DNA of 64,000 nucleotides from Octopus bimaculoides (lineage: Eukaryota), in assembly GCF_001194135.2 (NCBI RefSeq), contig NC_068984.1:107103510-107167509 (forward strand), in the 5' to 3' direction. Positions 25,565-38,535 of the stretch are shown one piece after another. The notes under the pieces were generated by a model. It did no database searches. It had not been told where the DNA came from and worked only from the letters and a program-made list of their open reading frames with translations. Within the stretch, counting starts at the first letter, position 1. Each line of letters begins with the position of its first letter. Made by a program: the position numbers and the translations under genes.

Positions 25565-25610
25565 ATATGTGTGTGTATATATATATGTATATGTGTGTGT
25601 GTATATAAGT
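25085..25610 (+). repeat. Compound (TA)/(GT)/(CA) microsatellite field with a higher-order duplication of about 136 bp
   Basis: The unit gtgtgtacacatatatatatatacatatatatatgtatatatatttgtgtgtatatatatgcatatatatgtacatatatgtgtgt occurs twice (gtac at 25317 and 25453). Confidence 0.9.
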
Positions 25611-25614
25611 TTTT

Positions 25615-26082
25615 ATCAGATAAAAAGGTAAAGATATTGCCTTGACCTATCATGTCACCTGATATAAATCCAATAGAACGTATGTGTGATGTTTTGAAAA
25701 GGAAGGTTGAGCAGAAAAATCCCGCAATCCCGAATGTAACAACACAGTGGAAAGACATCATTCAGGATGAATGGAGACCGATTTCTTCGGTTATATGCAA
25801 AACCTTAGTCGACTTAATGCAATTATTGAAAGCAAAGGTGGCCACACCAAATATTGGATATAGCAAATAATCCTTTAGGGTGTACATATTTTTGAATCGT
25901 CTGAAAATTAATATTTCGTTCATATTTTTGAAAATGTTTTTTATTTTGTTCCAAATTTGTATAATGTTTGCAGGTATAATATATTTTATTCAGTATAGAT
26001 TTCGCTTGATTTCCTTCGATATTGTCAGAATAATGGCAATTTTCCTAAACATTTTAAGGGGTGTACATACTTCTGTGAGATA
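25615..26082 (+). mobile_element. Tc1-like (DD34E-type) transposon, 3' fragment
   Basis: [18 protein letters not shown]...LKRKVEQ...EW (SPDLNPIE motif); right terminus ggggtgtacatacttctgtgagata with an inner direct repeat gggtgtacata at about 25878. Confidence 0.88.
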
Positions 26083-26134
26083 ATTTATATATATATATAT
26101 ATATATAGGAAAGAGGGTCTGAAAATGCCGAGGT

Positions 26135-27860
26135 ATTTTAAAGATGTCTATTGACTTAACCGGTTTCACTTTTTGTAAAAAAATTATCAAAAGTAAAATG
26201 TAAAGCTTTGTATAAGCAATTGTTCCGTCTTTACGATCTGAGTTCAAATTCCGCTGAGGTCCTCTTTGCTTTTCATTCTTTCGGGAGTCAATCAAATAAG
26301 GACCAGCTGAGCACCGGGTTTGATGTAATCGATTTACCTTCTGCTCCGAAATTGCTGGCCCTGTGCCAAAATTTGTAACTGATATTGAAGGTAGTTAAAT
26401 ATATACATGGCCTCGGCTCTTAGGCTTAAATGAGTGAGTAGAGTTCTGAAGACCAATTTGCATTTATACACACAAACCTATAGAAATCTTCAAACTGAAA
26501 AACAAACCAGAAAAAATTATCATTCTTTATCTAAGTATCTTATATGTTACGATAAACCAATAATATTGCTTGCAATAGTTTTTTTATTTTCAGTTATTTG
26601 TTGTTTTTGTTTGTTAGCTTGGTTCTATAATACGTTTTCTGTCAAAGAAAATTTTAAATGAGGAATGTGTGCGATTAGCTGCCTACTGAATATTTTAAAC
26701 AGGTTTTCTTAACTTTAATAAATATATAGTAAAACAATGTACGAAAGAAATACTACACAGAAGAACACACACACATAAACATATAGACCCATAGACACAA
26801 ACAAGCATATATACTCCCGTGTGCGCGCGCGTGTAGGTGGTGTGTGTGCGCGTATTAAGTGTGTGTAGGAGAGAAAGTGTGTATAAATGTGTGTCAACAT
26901 ATGAACGTTTGCCTTTGAAGTATTCAAAAGATTAAACTAAACACGTAACAAGTATGTCAGATATTAATTCAAAATACAAGGTGAGTAACCTAGAACAAAA
27001 ATATACTCTAGCTAGGAGCAAACGAACTTTCAAATGGACCAGTCCACCTTGTTGTTAATGCGTATTACGAGATCGCACAGCTCATGGTTGTATACAGTAG
27101 CGACATGAGGTACAAATCACAACTCTCTCCACTATTATTTTCAAATCTTCTGCTAATGTCACTTCAATTTCAGGTAGACTCTAGCAGATCGTCACGTGAA
27201 CATTTGCTTCACCAGATAGACATTTGAGAGACTAACCTCGGGGCAAACTTGTATGAGAAATTTATTCATGTTATTTTACTTTTCTTGTTTAGTCTCAAGT
27301 CAGCCATTGAGAGAAGATTAATTATGAAAAGCGTCCAGTCGTGGTTAACTTTGCTTTCGCTTCGATAAAATAAGTACCAGTTAAGTACTGGTGTCGATTT
27401 AGTCGACTAAACTCCTCTCCCAAAATTTCTGGCCTTGTGCCAAAATTTGAAACCAGTTACAGAAGTGTTTCAGCTGTAAGTATTCCGTATATTTTGTGCA
27501 TATCTTGCAATACCTCATCCAATGCCTGTTTCTGTGGCATTACTTTTTCTAATACGCTATAGTTTGAATGAGATTTTACTGTTAGTTTCAACAGGTCGAG
27601 TAATCTTCAATATCAGTTTCAAATTTTGGCACAGGACCAGCAATTTCGGAGCAGAAGGTAAATCGATTACATCAAACCCGGTGCTCAGCTGGTCCTTATT
27701 TGATTGACCCCCCGAAAGAATGAAAAGCAAAGAGGACCTCAGCGGAATTTGAACTCAGATCGTAAAGACGGAACAATTGCTTATACAAAACTTTACATTT
27801 TAATTTTGATAATGTTTTTCAAAAAGTGAAACCGGTTAAGTCAATAGACATCTTTAAAAT
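26135..27860. repeat. 256-bp inverted duplication (arms 26135-26390 and 27605-27860)
   Basis: Arms are about 96-97% identical and contain about 85 bp of unique sequence plus the same truncated SINE A copy with shared private changes (gaggtcctctttgc, taaggaccagctgagcaccgggtttg). Confidence 0.95.
27320..27452 (+). mobile_element. SINE family A, 3' fragment
   Basis: cgataaaataagtaccagttaagtactggtgtcgat...ggccttgtgccaaaatttgaaacc. Confidence 0.8.
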
Positions 27861-28383
27861 CATTTATACCTAGATGAAAAGTTGAACCTAGTACCGCAAG
27901 ATAATGAAACTTGCTGACTTAAATGCAATTCTTGCTGCTCACATAGCCAAGGTGGGGACACAGTGTCTATTATTTATTTGAGTGTTAAAATCTTTGAACC
28001 ATTTAAAAGGTTTGTGTCATCGGTACTATACAGCAGCGTTAGCATGATACGAACCACTACTGTTATCTTCCACTTCTCACAGTACACAAATGAGAAATTA
28101 ATATTCTACATCCTGGTAAATATTTCTCCAGCTGTGTATATCCACGCAGCCGTTCCGCCTTCTAAAATAGCTGTAAAATATATCCTTCAGATCACACTAA
28201 ACCATCGTAAGATAAAGCGATACATTGGATGATGCAGTCCTATGTACATTATTCTTAAGAGAGTATATGAGACGGTCATGGTAAGAACGACCTTCACTAA
28301 GATTTTGTCAATGAGAAGCTGCAAACAGTGCTTTTATTTTATTCATATATGCACATAATTATATATACGTCATTATATATGAT

Positions 28384-28662
28384 GGACTCTCCTGTCGAGA
28401 GTAACGTAGAAGTGCTCAGCTTTTGCCGAACGGCTTGCGCAAATGATTTATTTTATAGTGATCAAATGTTTGTACTGTACATTAGCTCACTCTCTCCATC
28501 CAATTGACGTTGCCTGAAGAGGATGCATGGTGTCGAAGTGTTCGCAGAGCAACGTGGGATGAAGTGTTTTGCTCGAGAACACAACGTATGACTCGGTCTA
28601 AGGATTGAGACCACAGTATCAGAATCATGTGTGCAACACCCTAACCATTAGGTCATGCACTC
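28384..28662 (-). mobile_element. Old tRNA-headed CORE-like SINE
   Basis: Minus head gagtgcatgacctaatggttagggtgttgcac; gtgttctcgagcaaaacactt. Confidence 0.7.
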
Positions 28663-29294
28663 TCGACATTATATATACCTCATTATATATTCATTATATA
28701 TACCACATTATGTATTCATTATTTTATGTGCATCTTCATAACAATCGGTATCAATATGCGTATTTCTGTGTAAACAATAAATTTCTAATATTATTGTTGT
28801 ACTTTCTCACTCATTGAAAAACAATTTATTTTCACGTGGATTTTTTTCTTATATTTTATTACAAAACGAAGCCAATGCATTAATGATTCAATATATTTCC
28901 AACTAAAAGAAGATAGCACTCTCCCTTCCAGAGGAGATTGCGTTGGATTATTTCTTTGCATTGCTTGCTTACAGGAAACTATCACTGGTTCCATATATCG
29001 ATTTGAATTTAGCAAATACGGTTATTATTAGTGTCTCCATAGAGAGAAGCAAAGATTTGGTTGATGGTTGATGACATTTCATTTTACAAATAGCTAATGA
29101 ATTTTTGCCAAGCATAAGAACAGTATAACTTCATTCAGTCCTAAGTGTAAGATTTAAATTATACATATTCAGCCTTTTAGTTATAAGTTATAGCGCAATA
29201 TTTCAACTATACGTTTATCGAGAATATTAGAATAGAATATTAGAATATACATTAAAAAAACAGAATAATATATATCATATATATACATATATAT

Positions 29295-29339
<45 letters not shown>

Positions 29340-29393
29340 CATGCGATATATATATAATATATTGATATTCTATATATAATATATTTCTATACT

Positions 29394-30183
29394 AGGTCTT
29401 TTCTCTTGAATAGCCGTGTTGAGTCGTTCCATCTGTTGAACATAGATTTCCGCGTTGGCCGTTTGGTTCCGTTGAAACAATTCGTAATGGATAATCCCTT
29501 CCTAGTCCCACCATACGCACAACATCATTTTACGCGCGGTGTCGCTTGTTTACCGGGGCTAAGCCATTCTTTACGCTGCTTCATATTGATATACAGGCAC
29601 CATTTTTCGTCACCACTAACGATTCGGTAAAGAAATCATTGCTTGTGTCCATGCGTTGAGCGGTGACGAGCAAGTAAACCAGCGGAGATTGTGTCTCGTT
29701 GATTTTTATTGTTGTCACTTGAAGCATGCGGAACCCATTCTCCATACATCTGAAGCTTTCCCATCGAGTGAAGTTGCTTCCCTATAACATTTAATCGGCA
29801 GCATGGAGTTCTTCTGCTGCACGACAACGCCCGCCCTCATATCACCAATATGACCAAAAAAGCCTTTCAAACGCATGGCTGGGTAGCGCTGCCACACCCG
29901 CTGTATACTCCTGATTTGGCACCAACGGATTTCCACCTCTTTTGATCTCTTTCAAATGCTATGCGTGGTGTTTCGTTCAATACTGATGCAGAATTGGGAG
30001 ATCAATTTTTCGAGTCGAAATCGAGTGATTTCTACCAACGAGGTATTGAAAATCTTGTTGACCGTTGTGAAGAAGTTTTAAACAACAAGGGTGGATACAT
30101 TATTGATTAATTAGTTATTTTTTAATAAACCTTTTAAAAAATTTTAATTAAAGAAACAGCGTTAACTTATTTGCCAAATACAT
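29394..30183. mobile_element. Mariner (DD34D) fragment with inverted 5' segment
   Basis: Minus 29792-29394 encodes GEWVPH...SGDEKW...MMLCVWWD...QEKRP; plus 29793-30110 continues NRQHGVLLLHDNARPH...YTPDLAPTDFHLF...GGYIID* (34 residues between the Asp); 3' TIR ttaacttatttgccaa. Confidence 0.92.
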
Positions 30184-30601
30184 ATATATAATATATATTA
30201 TATGTATATATGTATAATATATATAATACTAGCAGCTATATATATATATATATATATNNNNNNNNNNNNNNNNNNNNNNNNNNNNNNNNNNNNNNNNNNN
30301 NNNNNNNNNNNNNNNNNNNNNNNNNNNNNNNNNNNNNNNNNNNNNNNNNNNNNNNNNNNNNNNNNNNNNNNNNNNNNNNNNNNNNNNNNNNNNNNNNNNN
30401 NNNNNNNNNNNNNNNNNNNNNNNNNNNNNNNNNNNNNNNNNNNNNNNNNNNNNNNNNNNNNNNNNNNNNNNNNNNNNNNNNNNNNNNNNNNNNNNNNNNN
30501 NNNNNNNNNNNNNNNNNNNNNNNNNNNNNNNNNNNNNNNNNNNNNNNNNNNNNNNNNNNNNNNNNNNNNNNNNNNNNNNNNNNNNNNNNNNNNNNNNNNN
30601 N

Positions 30602-30684
<83 letters not shown>

Positions 30685-30799
30685 TAGGCATATTATACGT
30701 TTATAATAAATGTATATATATCATATACATGATATAATTAGTTATTATTTATATTGTGCGTGTTTGTGTGTGTATGTAGTGAAAAATTAAGATAAGATA

Positions 30800-31200
30800 T
30801 TAGTTCCGATGTACGTTTTACCAATGCCGTTGTTTGGAACTCACCATTTCATATTCCATGTGCATTTGTCTGATTGTGCAAAATCGTTCATCAGGAGCAC
30901 AGTGTATTGCATTCTAAAATCCTCCTAAATAGAAGGAATACCACTGAAGACCTCGTCTTCAACTAATGTTTTATTCCATAAATCAGTGAGTTGGTAACCA
31001 TCCATCTTCGCGCATGGAACCCCGTCCTTTAAATCCAGCTCTTTAAACAGACTGAACCAGTTAATTTTACAAAATCACTACTGCTGAACATGATTCAATC
31101 ACTGGTAGACCTATATATTAATTTGCGTCATGATTGTACATCAATGGATTATACTGTTACGACTTAAATTCTTCTGCCATTGACCCTTATCTAAGACATG
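30800..31200 (-). mobile_element. Highly degenerate LINE reverse-transcriptase relic (CR1/L2-like)
   Basis: Minus-strand read LWNKTLVEDEVFSGIPS...LMNDFAQSD loosely resembles SGVPQG...IND...FADD. Confidence 0.3.
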
Positions 31201-33517
31201 ACAATATTCAACTTTTTTGCATAGTGATCTTATACTCTATTTGACTTAACTTTCTATTTTACTTAACTTAATCTTACACTCAAGAAAAATGGACATCACT
31301 AAAATTACTGAATATTATTGGCAGCTTTTTCATCTATGATATAGTCTAAATCAGCCTTAAAAATATTAGGCTGAAATAGGATGGTGGTGAGATCATTATT
31401 GCTTTCTAAATCACCAACGTTATGATGACATTTCAGGTGACATTAATAGCTACAGGATCAAATAGGTCTTTGCAGAGTTCAAGAGACTCTCTGGAGCATT
31501 TTGAATATCAACAAAAAACTACACGCGATGACACATCATTTGAACTATACAATGAGAGTTGAGAAACAAATTGTTTATTTCATATAAATTATGTTTTGTC
31601 CGTTCCCTTCTTTTTTTTTATCGGGCTGCTCTGGGGGTATTCATTACCTTCATCGACACACACTGAGAGCAGTGGAATAGACGCAGTTAAAGATAACTGC
31701 GCTTTCTTACTAGATGATTATGAATAAGAGATAAAGGAAATTCCGAAGTACCAACATTTGAAGTGAAATATCTGGAAGTTGTAGATCGTATTCATGCGAG
31801 TGGGAAGCATATCTACAGAATGAATAGGAAGTTATGCAGGTGACAGGTTTCTAATTAGAAGCATTGAGAATAATCCCTGGTGAAGTAATAGTGTACATAT
31901 GTACCACAAGTCAAATACAGAAATTTAATATTTCTGTATAGTGCAGAGTAACTGATAACTATTTCAAAACTAAGGTCTCTTGAGGGCTTTTAAAATTGGT
32001 AATCAATTTAGCATGTTCAAAATTTCATAACTCTCGTTTCTAATCTTAATATACAAATAACAGTAGAGTCGGAGATATACATTTAAACCCCCAAGGGAAT
32101 ATATATACTTAAAAGCTAAGGATTAGATTACATTATATCTGTTGCTGTTTGTTTAGTTTTATATGTATTGATTATTTTTATCTTTAAATGAAAATCATCA
32201 GCACTCTTTAAAATGATGAGGTGATGTGTCAATTTTTATAGAAAATTGTTGAGAATTTATTTTGTAAACTATTTGTTTAGTATCAGATCGCTCACAACAA
32301 TATAATTAAATGAATGTAATACAAGATGTCTCGTATTTTAATTTATGGTTTAGATTTTCTTATATTGTTACCCTGCTAACTGTTCATCTAATTGTCATCT
32401 GCATATTTTCACTAGTACTAATTTTATCGATTCCAGATGTATCAAGTGCCATCTCGATGCAAAAATGCTGTTCGTACTCGTCTTTAAAACCTGTGAATAT
32501 AGCACTATAATACACTCTGTTGTCTCAGTCCTAGATATACACTCATTTAGCACCCAAGTTAAATGACATTTAATATACACGGCAAGAATTTTCTTCAAAC
32601 ATTGATTATTTATACTTAAATACGTCCGCTGTTTTACCTGACACTAAAATAAAATATTACATTTAAATAAAATGTTGGAGACTAAGACTAAATCGGATCG
32701 CTACATTATTTTATAAAATATTATTTATTCTCCCTATGCAGATAAATGAAGGTTGTGAAAAGTAAAATAGTCATTTCTTTCCAGTTATATATGAATCTGA
32801 ATAAATAAGGATTTATACATCCAACTCAAGCGAACTTTCCAGGAAGACTAACGCTGTTAATTTCAAAGTTTGTCTATTTTTAATTTAATGGTTTCTTAAA
32901 CAGGGAAAGTATTCAGCCCAACATTTCATTGATCTTCAAAAATTATTCTTAATCTCAATAGATTACTTTATGGAAAATCCTACAGCAGATTAACATAACA
33001 TACATGAAACATGAATGAGGAAACAGTCAGCAGTTAGTATAATATCAGTATACTCACGTCTTGTATTGTAATGCATATTCAGTTGAGACGCACATGTCAA
33101 AGACAATAATCGAAAAACAATCCGCGTTACAAGTTCATAATTTCTAAAATTTACAGTCGTCGTGTAATAAAATCACAAATAGTGATGCAGAAGTACCATT
33201 TTAAACATATTCAAGAACATATTTAATGCAATGAGTCAGCATCACAGATATTTTCTAGAATACGCATCTTCTATCATTGACATTAAGTTAGGTTAAACAC
33301 AGAATTATCTAACCCGTGCCAATACATCACATCAAAAGCATTACATTAAAAGCAAATATGCGAAGACATTCACATTATAGCCGTGCATATTTAATTTACA
33401 TTATATTTGTTAGTGCAACGACTGTGGATTGCCAGAAAGAGTTGAGTACTTTGCAATATTTAGTTACATCTCTTTAAGTTTTAACTTAAAATCCTTTAAA
33501 ACTTTATCAGGTTTGTT

Positions 33518-34421
33518 CTAAAGACTAGTTGCTGAGCGGCTATAATTTGCGTATCTGTCTCTCGTTTCAAGTTTCTCTTCGTTATCCAGAGCCAGCGACA
33601 TTCTCAGTTTGTTGCGTAAATTAACCGCGTAGTTCCATTTTGTTCCATCTGCTGGCTGAGTTGTGTTGTTTTTCCTTTTCTCGTTGAATTCTACTGTTTC
33701 AGTCACTTTGGGGGCATGTTTGGCAGCCAATAGCATTTTTTCTCTACTCTTCACAACATAATTTTTGAGATACAGTATCGCAGTATTAACAATGTCTTCT
33801 GCGTTTAGCAATCCTCTGCCACCTTCCTTTCTTGATAGGTAGAGTCGTTCGGTATTACTTCTATGGTAGACTGCGTTGTGCATTGTGAGTAGCTTCCTAA
33901 TTCTTCTATTCAGATTCTGTCGCTCGATGTTTGTCCATTTCAGAAAAGGAACACAGTATCTCAATGCGGACATAGCCCGTGTATTTATGACTTTAATGAT
34001 GTTCCTGCCATTTGATTTTATATTGAGCAACTTCCTAATTCTCTTGTTGTACTTTTTAGTGACTTTTTCTCTCATTTCTCCTTCCATTATCCTATCACTT
34101 TGCAGCACTCCTGTATATTTGTACCCCTCCTTATTCCACAAGGATCTAATGAAGTTGTCTTGTGGTACTTTTATACCATCAGAGTTTGCCTTCCAAGTTC
34201 TCTTGATTACTAGAATTGTGTATTTATTAACCTCAAATTGCATTCCAATATCTTTACTGAATACTCTCACTATTTGGACCAAAGTGTCTAGGTCTGTCTT
34301 AATTTTTGTATACAGTTTGAGTTCATCCATATGAAGTAGGTGATTTATTCTCATCTTGGATTTGGTAAACTCATAGGCAGGTCTGGATTTTCTTAGTATA
34401 CTTCTTAGTATATTTTCTTAG

Positions 34422-34452
<31 letters not shown>

Positions 34453-34528
34453 NNNNNNNNNNNNNNNNNNNNNNNNNNNNNNNNNNNNNNNNNNNNNNNN
34501 NNNNNNNNNNNNNNNNNNNNNNNNNNNN

Positions 34529-34567
<39 letters not shown>

Positions 34568-35050
34568 CGTAACTATATGTAAAACTGGTTATTGATAATT
34601 TCAATTACTTCCTTTTTCTTGACATCGACACCCACATTTTCTGCTACAACAATACTTGCTGCCTTGATCAAATTATTTGTTTCTGTGATGTTCTTTGTTT
34701 TGATGTATTTCAGAATTTGATTGACATTTTTCGTTTCTTGGTTCATTTTCCATCGATCAACCCTTTTAAGGTTGCAAATAACGTCACAATCGTTCTCCCG
34801 TAGTCTTACCTTTATTCTGTCGTAGATTGCCTTTTGTTCATCTGTCATGCCGCTATTAGTTTTATTGTCTTCTTTTAGATCATTTATATGTATCTCACTG
34901 CTCCTTTCCTGTGCTATGAGATTACTCTTATTAGTAAGAACTGTATTTTCATTGTTATCTCTGCTGCTAGTTTTCATGACCGTCTTTTGATAGCTTCGAG
35001 CTATACTTCTGTGAACCAACAATTTTTTCTTATTGCTCTATTCATCTTCT
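33518..35050 (-). mobile_element. R4/Dong-clade non-LTR retrotransposon, fragment A (N-terminal region and RT C-terminal half)
   Basis: RAIRKNCWF...ITETNNLIKAASIVVAE (34573-35050); INHLLHMDELKLY, YKYTGV, NGRNIIKVINT, RLYLSRKEGGRGL (33518-34354); microsatellite and gap between. Confidence 0.9.
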
Positions 35051-36236
35051 TCATTTTCCATAGCCGGGCTATTTCGTACTTAAGAGGCTTGTTTCTATCT
35101 ATCTTTTCACCTTCTTTTTTGACTATTCGTGGGGCCAAGGGGCATGCAACATCAACTATATAGTACATGTGGTGCATCTCCTTGACCACCTCTAGGTCCG
35201 GCATGTTATACTCTAGCACCTGATCTGTTTGGATTGGGAAATCCCAGAGGATTTTGCTAGCCTCCAACTCCGCCACTCCCTATGGTCTGTGCTCATACCA
35301 TGTTTTGTCTCTCTCTAGCCCCCACTTTTCGCACACTTTCCAATGCAGCACTTTCGCTGCCTGGTCGTGTCACCACAGCTTGTAATGGTTTTTGAGCAAG
35401 TTTTGGGCATTCGTTCGTGATATGGGCAATGGTTTTATACACTCTATTGCAGATGCATCACAGCGGAGACACTTGCTCATTCCTAAGGTTGACCCTCCAG
35501 TTCGTGGCCAAAGCTTGGTCCTGCTCTACCAGTATAGTGCTCTCGGTCTCTTTTTTTTTGGGGGGGGGGGTTCCTATCATCAGCCAATCCCACCTGCTTT
35601 TTCCAGCAACTTCTGGTGTGGCGACATGGAATTGATTGTGTAGTCCCTTCTTGCGTAATTCTTCTTCGTGTACTTTTTGTACATTTTCCTTTGCTTTCCC
35701 ATTGTTCTCTGCTCACAATACTCCATCGATCTTAAGTGTCACTAGCAAGGTTTCTTTATTTGGGCTAGGTATCTCATTATGCTTTCGAGTTCGATACGCA
35801 CGCAGTCTTCCACTCTTACCAGCCCTCTTCCTGCATTTCCTCTCTTCGTGTATAGGCAATCAGTGTCTTCACATAGATGATGGTCTCCATTCCTCGTTAG
35901 GAGCTTATTGCCTGTCCATCTCCTTTAGCTCCTCCTCTGTCCACTTCTGGATTTCAGCGCCATACCGAACTATTGCGACTGCACGCGAGCTTATTACCGA
36001 AATTATGTTTCTGGCATTCAGCTTTGAAGACAATATTTTTCTCACTTACCGCAGGTAATTACTTTTTGTCTTTTCCTTCATGTCGTGGTGTTGATTCCAT
36101 CATCCTCAAGTATTCCCAGGTATTTATAGCTGGATTGGGGTTGAACTGCTTTCATCATTTCACCATTTGGCAACCGTATGCCTTCTGTCCTAGCAAGCTT
36201 TCCTCGGCTCATTATCATCGTAGCATATTTTGGGAG
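35050..36236 (-). mobile_element. R4/Dong-clade fragment B (RT thumb, CCHC knuckle, restriction-like endonuclease)
   Basis: YKYLGILE, GRGLVRVEDC, CICNRVYKTIAHITNEC (CCHC), HDQAAKVLHW, KILWDFPIQTD..PD..IVDVACP..KYEIARLW; stops and frameshifts. Confidence 0.92.
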
Positions 36237-36528
36237 TTATTATTATTATCATTATTATTATTATTATTTTATGTTTGACTTTTGTTTTGCATTTGTACAA
36301 GTTGGATCCAAGTCTCACCCAGAGACCTCAAGAGACAACAAGTTAGAAGTTCATGTAGGTGTTATGCCTAGGGTACCATATATTTGGATTTGTACAGTTT
36401 TGTTCAAGTGAATGTTTAAGAAACCATAAGAAAATTATGTGTTTGTTTTAAAATTTGAAATCACATAGACAGTATTTTACGTAGGATATGGGCAGTTCCC
36501 ATGAGCACTATCTTTTGAATTTCAGCCA
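36237..36528 (-). mobile_element. R4/Dong-clade fragment C: ORF C-terminus, 3' UTR and (TAA)n tail
   Basis: AEIQKIVLMGTAHILRKILSM* (36528-36461), about 190-nt UTR, then (TAA)n at 36237-36268; upstream part is in the gap. Confidence 0.85.
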
Positions 36529-37304
36529 NNNNNNNNNNNNNNNNNNNNNNNNNNNNNNNNNNNNNNNNNNNNNNNNNNNNNNNNNNNNNNNNNNNNNNNN
36601 NNNNNNNNNNNNNNNNNNNNNNNNNNNNNNNNNNNNNNNNNNNNNNNNNNNNNNNNNNNNNNNNNNNNNNNNNNNNNNNNNNNNNNNNNNNNNNNNNNNN
36701 NNNNNNNNNNNNNNNNNNNNNNNNNNNNNNNNNNNNNNNNNNNNNNNNNNNNNNNNNNNNNNNNNNNNNNNNNNNNNNNNNNNNNNNNNNNNNNNNNNNN
36801 NNNNNNNNNNNNNNNNNNNNNNNNNNNNNNNNNNNNNNNNNNNNNNNNNNNNNNNNNNNNNNNNNNNNNNNNNNNNNNNNNNNNNNNNNNNNNNNNNNNN
36901 NNNNNNNNNNNNNNNNNNNNNNNNNNNNNNNNNNNNNNNNNNNNNNNNNNNNNNNNNNNNNNNNNNNNNNNNNNNNNNNNNNNNNNNNNNNNNNNNNNNN
37001 NNNNNNNNNNNNNNNNNNNNNNNNNNNNNNNNNNNNNNNNNNNNNNNNNNNNNNNNNNNNNNNNNNNNNNNNNNNNNNNNNNNNNNNNNNNNNNNNNNNN
37101 NNNNNNNNNNNNNNNNNNNNNNNNNNNNNNNNNNNNNNNNNNNNNNNNNNNNNNNNNNNNNNNNNNNNNNNNNNNNNNNNNNNNNNNNNNNNNNNNNNNN
37201 NNNNNNNNNNNNNNNNNNNNNNNNNNNNNNNNNNNNNNNNNNNNNNNNNNNNNNNNNNNNNNNNNNNNNNNNNNNNNNNNNNNNNNNNNNNNNNNNNNNN
37301 NNNN

Positions 37305-37588
37305 AAAACACCTAAAGCTTCACGAGGCTTCGGCAGGGGGATGGTGGCGAACCCTGCTGTATTCTTTCACCACAACTTTCTCTCACTCTTACTTCCTGTT
37401 TCTGTTGTGCCTGTAATTCAAAGGGTCAGCCTTGTCACACTGTGTCACACTGAATCTCCCCGAGAACTACTTTAAAGGTACGCGTGTCTGTGGAGTGTTC
37501 AGCCACTTGCGCGTTAATTTCACGAGCAGGCTGTTCCGTTGATCGGATCAACTGGAACCTTCTGCGTCGTAAGCGACGGAGTGCCAAC
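37305..37588 (+). mobile_element. SINE family C (head in gap)
   Basis: aaaacacctaaagcttcacgagg...gtcgtaagcgacggagtgcca. Confidence 0.88.
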
Positions 37589-38371
37589 GATGTTGTTGTT
37601 ATCATTATTCAGTTAATGTAAAATAAACTGTACTATGCATTTCTGGTTCGATGGCGAAACATGTGACTTGGTTGTTAAATTACTTTTTCAATATCAAAAT
37701 TCTACATGAATTAGGAAAACGTTTAAAATAATTAAAACAAAAGATATTAGATGAAATAATGATAACAGTCATAAAAAAAAACATACGTAACTGAGAAACT
37801 TTTAATGAAAGCCTATCTTTTCAGTTGTGTGAGTCTCTTCAGTAAAGGCCACATTTGATGTCCGCGTTAAAATTAACTGTGTTTCTTTTCTTTTTCTGTC
37901 TGTTTTTACTTCATGTTATGAACCGGTTGGACTAATTTCACAACTGAATAACAATTCAAACTTGATATTTTCTAAAAGACATTTTCAAGTGGGGCAGGAA
38001 GAAGGAAAGAAAAACATCATACGATTGATAATAATTTGATTGCGGTGTTCGAATTATTTTCGGTTTTGCAAAACCAAGCGTCATGATTTGATGAGAAATC
38101 AGTGGGTTGATGAAATTGCTGTTGATTATGGAAATATCCAAGTGTAATTCTTTTAACGTAAAACATATCCTCCGATTTGTAGAATGTAGGTTTTTCTCTG
38201 TAGATATTATGTATGACAAAATTCAATAAAATACGTATTTTAAAGAGATACGACATATCTAACAGTGTTGAGGGAGATACGGTATTTTTTAAAAATAAAA
38301 CACACACACAGGCATACAAAAACGCGTATGATATATTTATGTATATATATTATGTATACATATATATATAT

Positions 38372-38535
38372 ACGACAGGCTTATTTCAGTTTCCGTCTAC
38401 CAAATCCACTCACAAGGTTTTGATCGGCCCGAGACTATAATAGAAGACACGTGCCCAAGATGTCACGCAGTGGGACTGAAACCGGGACCATGTGGTCCAT
38501 AAGCAAGCTACGTACCACGCAGCCACTCCTACACC
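38372..38535 (-). mobile_element. SINE family B, 5' half ending at (TA)n
   Basis: ttcagtttccgtctaccaaatccactcacaagg...cagtgggactgaaaccgggaccatgtgg...accacgcagcc. Confidence 0.88.

Noticed and set aside
27900-28330. Minus-strand read with LLYSTDDT as an RT relic
   Set aside because: Only one loose motif, and its spacing to a QG-like motif does not fit.
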